Assembly (NCBI GenBank): GCA_964494475.1
Contig: CAZBRS010000022.1
Location: forward strand, 1 to 18,651
Source: an uncultured Myxococcales bacterium
GTDB lineage: Bacteria > Myxococcota_A > UBA9042 > CAZBRS01
Reading direction: 5' to 3'
DNA length: 18,651 nt
In this document: in pieces, positions 16,420 through 18,651 of the stretch
Layout: the number at the start of each line of letters is the position of its first letter
How positions within the stretch are numbered: position 1 is the stretch's first letter
Position numbers and translations under genes: made by a program
Notes under the pieces: model-generated
Databases searched by the model: none
What the model was told of the DNA's origin: nothing
Seen by the model: the letters and a program-made list of their open reading frames with translations, nothing else

Positions 16420-17940
16420 CTACCAGAGCGTGACCGTGCGCGTCACCCGGCCGCTCGCGAGGCTGCGCAGGTCGAGCAGGCTGGTCTTCTCGCGCGTCAC
16501 GAGCAGGGTGTCGCCGTCGGGCAGCAGGCTCACGTTGTCGGCCGCGTACTCGACGCCCTCGAGCTCGGTCACCCGGCCGTCGTAGAGGCCCAGGGCGTAG
16601 AGCGCGCCCCCGTCGACCGCGAACATCGTGCGGCCGTCGGCGCTGACCGCGAACTCGGCCAGGCCCAGGGCGGGGCCCTCGCTGGCGGTCGACTCGCCGG
16701 TGTCGAGGCTCGTGAGCGTCACGCGGTGCTCTCCGTCCGACTCGAGCAGGCCGTAGGTCACGACCAGGTCGCCGGCCGGCGTCACGTAGTACACCGGGAA
16801 CACGTAGGGCACCTCGGCGGCCGTTTCGGCCAGCGAACCCACGTCGACGAACACGAGCTCGGTGCCGGTGCCCTCCCCGCCTGCCCCGAGCGACGTCGAG
16901 GGGGCCGGGACGTAGCGGAAGCCGACCAGCGTGCCCGAGTCGGGGGTGAAGGCCACGGGCCCGCCGCAGCGCAGACGGGCGTGCAGGCGCCCCTCGTCCA
17001 GGTCGACGAGCGCGGTCACCTGCTCGAGGTCGTCGACGGTCTCGGGCGCGCCGGTCTCCGGGTCGTTCTCGACGTGCTCGCCCACCTTCTCCTGGCCCGA
17101 CACCGCCGCCCAGCGCCCGTCGGGCGACAGGCGCACGGCCCACGCCAGGTAGCCCAGCAGGTTCGGCTCGAAGTTCTCGAGGCGCACCGAGGTGCCGGGC
17201 ACGTCCGACGGCCCCCCCGCGGCCAGCGCCCAGGCCCGCACCTCGTACGTCGACAGGCCCACCGTTGCGCCGGCGGTGTCGCCCACCAGGAACTCGGAGG
17301 GGAGCACGAAGGCCACCAGCCGCCCCTCGTCGCGGGTGAGGCGAGCGTCGTAGACGAGGCCCCCGGACGCCACGTCGAAGGCGGCGCCGTCGGCCGTTCG
17401 AACGAGGTGGATGGCCGTCTCGGCGCGCCCCGCCGCGCCCTGCTCGATCAGCGACAGCCAGCCCCCCAGGGGCCCGGCCAGGGGCGCGCGGTAGCGGCCC
17501 GCCTCGAGGGGCAGCGCCCCGCCCTCGCTCATGGTGGCCAGATCGAAGGGCGCCAGCGACGCCACGCCGTCGTCCGAGCGCGCCAGCCAGGCGCGGTGCA
17601 CGTCGGGGGTGAGCAGCAGCGAGGGCACCTCGGGCGCCTCGACCACCGGCCCCGGCACCAGCGCCCCGTCGGGCAGCGACACGCCGAGCAGGCGCACCAG
17701 CGACGTACCGTCGGACAGCGTCTGCTGGAGGGCCGTCACGGCCATGCTCCCGTCGGCGCTGACCAGCAGGTTGCCGGCGATGGTCTGGGCCTTGCCGGGG
17801 TCCTGCGAGCACGAGTTGCCGGCGCACTCCTCGCCGTCGTTCACGAAGCAGGTGGCCTGGAACACGGCCGCCATCGAGGCGACCAGCAACACGAATCGTC
17901 GAGCGCGCGTCATGAACTCCCCCATCATCGTTGCGATCAC
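16420..17940 (-). CDS. Hypothetical secreted protein with a signal peptide; possibly a beta-rich or propeller-like fold
   Basis: The composition is protein-like (Asp, Glu, Leu, Val, Thr, Gly) with a clear signal peptide MTRARRFVLLVASMAAVFQATCF. The opposite-strand ORF 16342..18024 is Arg/Gly/Ala/His-rich and is an artefact. The start is ambiguous: GTG at 17940 sits immediately after the AGGGGAGGG stretch, and there are in-frame ATGs at 17928 and 17913. The ATG at 17913 is preceded by GGGGGAG plus 3 nt and gives the cleanest signal peptide. Confidence 0.55.
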   Translation of the reverse strand: MIATMMGEFMTRARRFVLLVASMAAVFQATCFVNDGEECAGNSCSQDPGKAQTIAGNLLVSADGSMAVTALQQTLSDGTSLVRLLGVSLPDGALVPGPVVEAPEVPSLLLTPDVHRAWLARSDDGVASLAPFDLATMSEGGALPLEAGRYRAPLAGPLGGWLSLIEQGAAGRAETAIHLVRTADGAAFDVASGGLVYDARLTRDEGRLVAFVLPSEFLVGDTAGATVGLSTYEVRAWALAAGGPSDVPGTSVRLENFEPNLLGYLAWAVRLSPDGRWAAVSGQEKVGEHVENDPETGAPETVDDLEQVTALVDLDEGRLHARLRCGGPVAFTPDSGTLVGFRYVPAPSTSLGAGGEGTGTELVFVDVGSLAETAAEVPYVFPVYYVTPAGDLVVTYGLLESDGEHRVTLTSLDTGESTASEGPALGLAEFAVSADGRTMFAVDGGALYALGLYDGRVTELEGVEYAADNVSLLPDGDTLLVTREKTSLLDLRSLASGRVTRTVTLW

Positions 17941-18006
17941 GCCCTCCCCTTTCGCAAGGTCCGTGCCACTCCGCCGAGAACCTGGGAATCTTCCTGCAAC
18001 TTCAAG

Positions 18007-18087
18007 GCCATGACGCGGGCGTGACGCACGGCCGCGGCCGACGCCGCGTCATTCTGATGGAGTGACGCGCGATCGGCGCGTCATGGC
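18007..18087. repeat. Nested inverted-repeat cluster in the thiE/secreted-protein intergenic spacer
   Basis: Read directly. An 11-bp perfect inverted repeat, GCCATGACGCG at 18007-18017 and CGCGTCATGGC at 18077-18087, flanks about 59 bp. Inside it, a 21-bp palindrome TGACGCGC-GATCG-GCGCGTCA at 18063-18083 overlaps the right arm. There are five TGACGC/GCGTCA copies in total, including 18022-18027 and 18045-18052. The competing stems cannot all form at once. There is no U-tract. Confidence 0.35.
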
Positions 18088-18098
18088 TGGAGGGAGGT

Positions 18099-18651
<553 letters not shown>

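Overview
This is a very GC-rich, gene-dense chromosomal window; third codon positions are almost always G or C. Myxococcus-type cysteine-rich repeats and a C-terminal PPC domain in one secreted lipoprotein suggest a Myxococcota-like host, but this is inference only. Real genes sit on both strands. The long ORFs antisense to them have Arg/Gly/Ala/His-rich translations and are high-GC artefacts.

In order along the window:
- The 3' portion of a tRNA-Leu(CAA) gene at the left edge.
- A CDF-family metal efflux transporter.
- RNase D (rnd), convergent with the transporter.
- A TraB/GumN (Tiki/ChaN-superfamily) secreted protein.
- A small rubrerythrin/ferritin-like di-iron protein.
- A translationally coupled pair: a flotillin-like SPFH membrane protein followed by an octaheme c-type cytochrome of the hydroxylamine-oxidoreductase (HAO) family.
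- An orphan lipoprotein with no recognisable domain.
- A roughly 1440-aa fused CoA-substrate-specific enzyme activase: two BadF/BadG/BcrA/BcrD ATPase domains plus an HgdB/DUF2229-like Cys-rich C-terminal domain.
- A minus-strand run: thiE (5' end outside the window), a secreted hypothetical, a Cys-rich PPC-domain lipoprotein, then thiC.

No CRISPR array, transposase, integrase or rRNA is visible.

The most interesting items are:
- the orphan pseudo-dimeric activase fusion, whose first ATP-binding loop is degenerate;
- the flotillin-like/HAO-family octaheme cytochrome operon, which may retain a C-terminal tyrosine;
- the thiamine genes split by two secreted-protein genes, with no TPP riboswitch in front of thiC.
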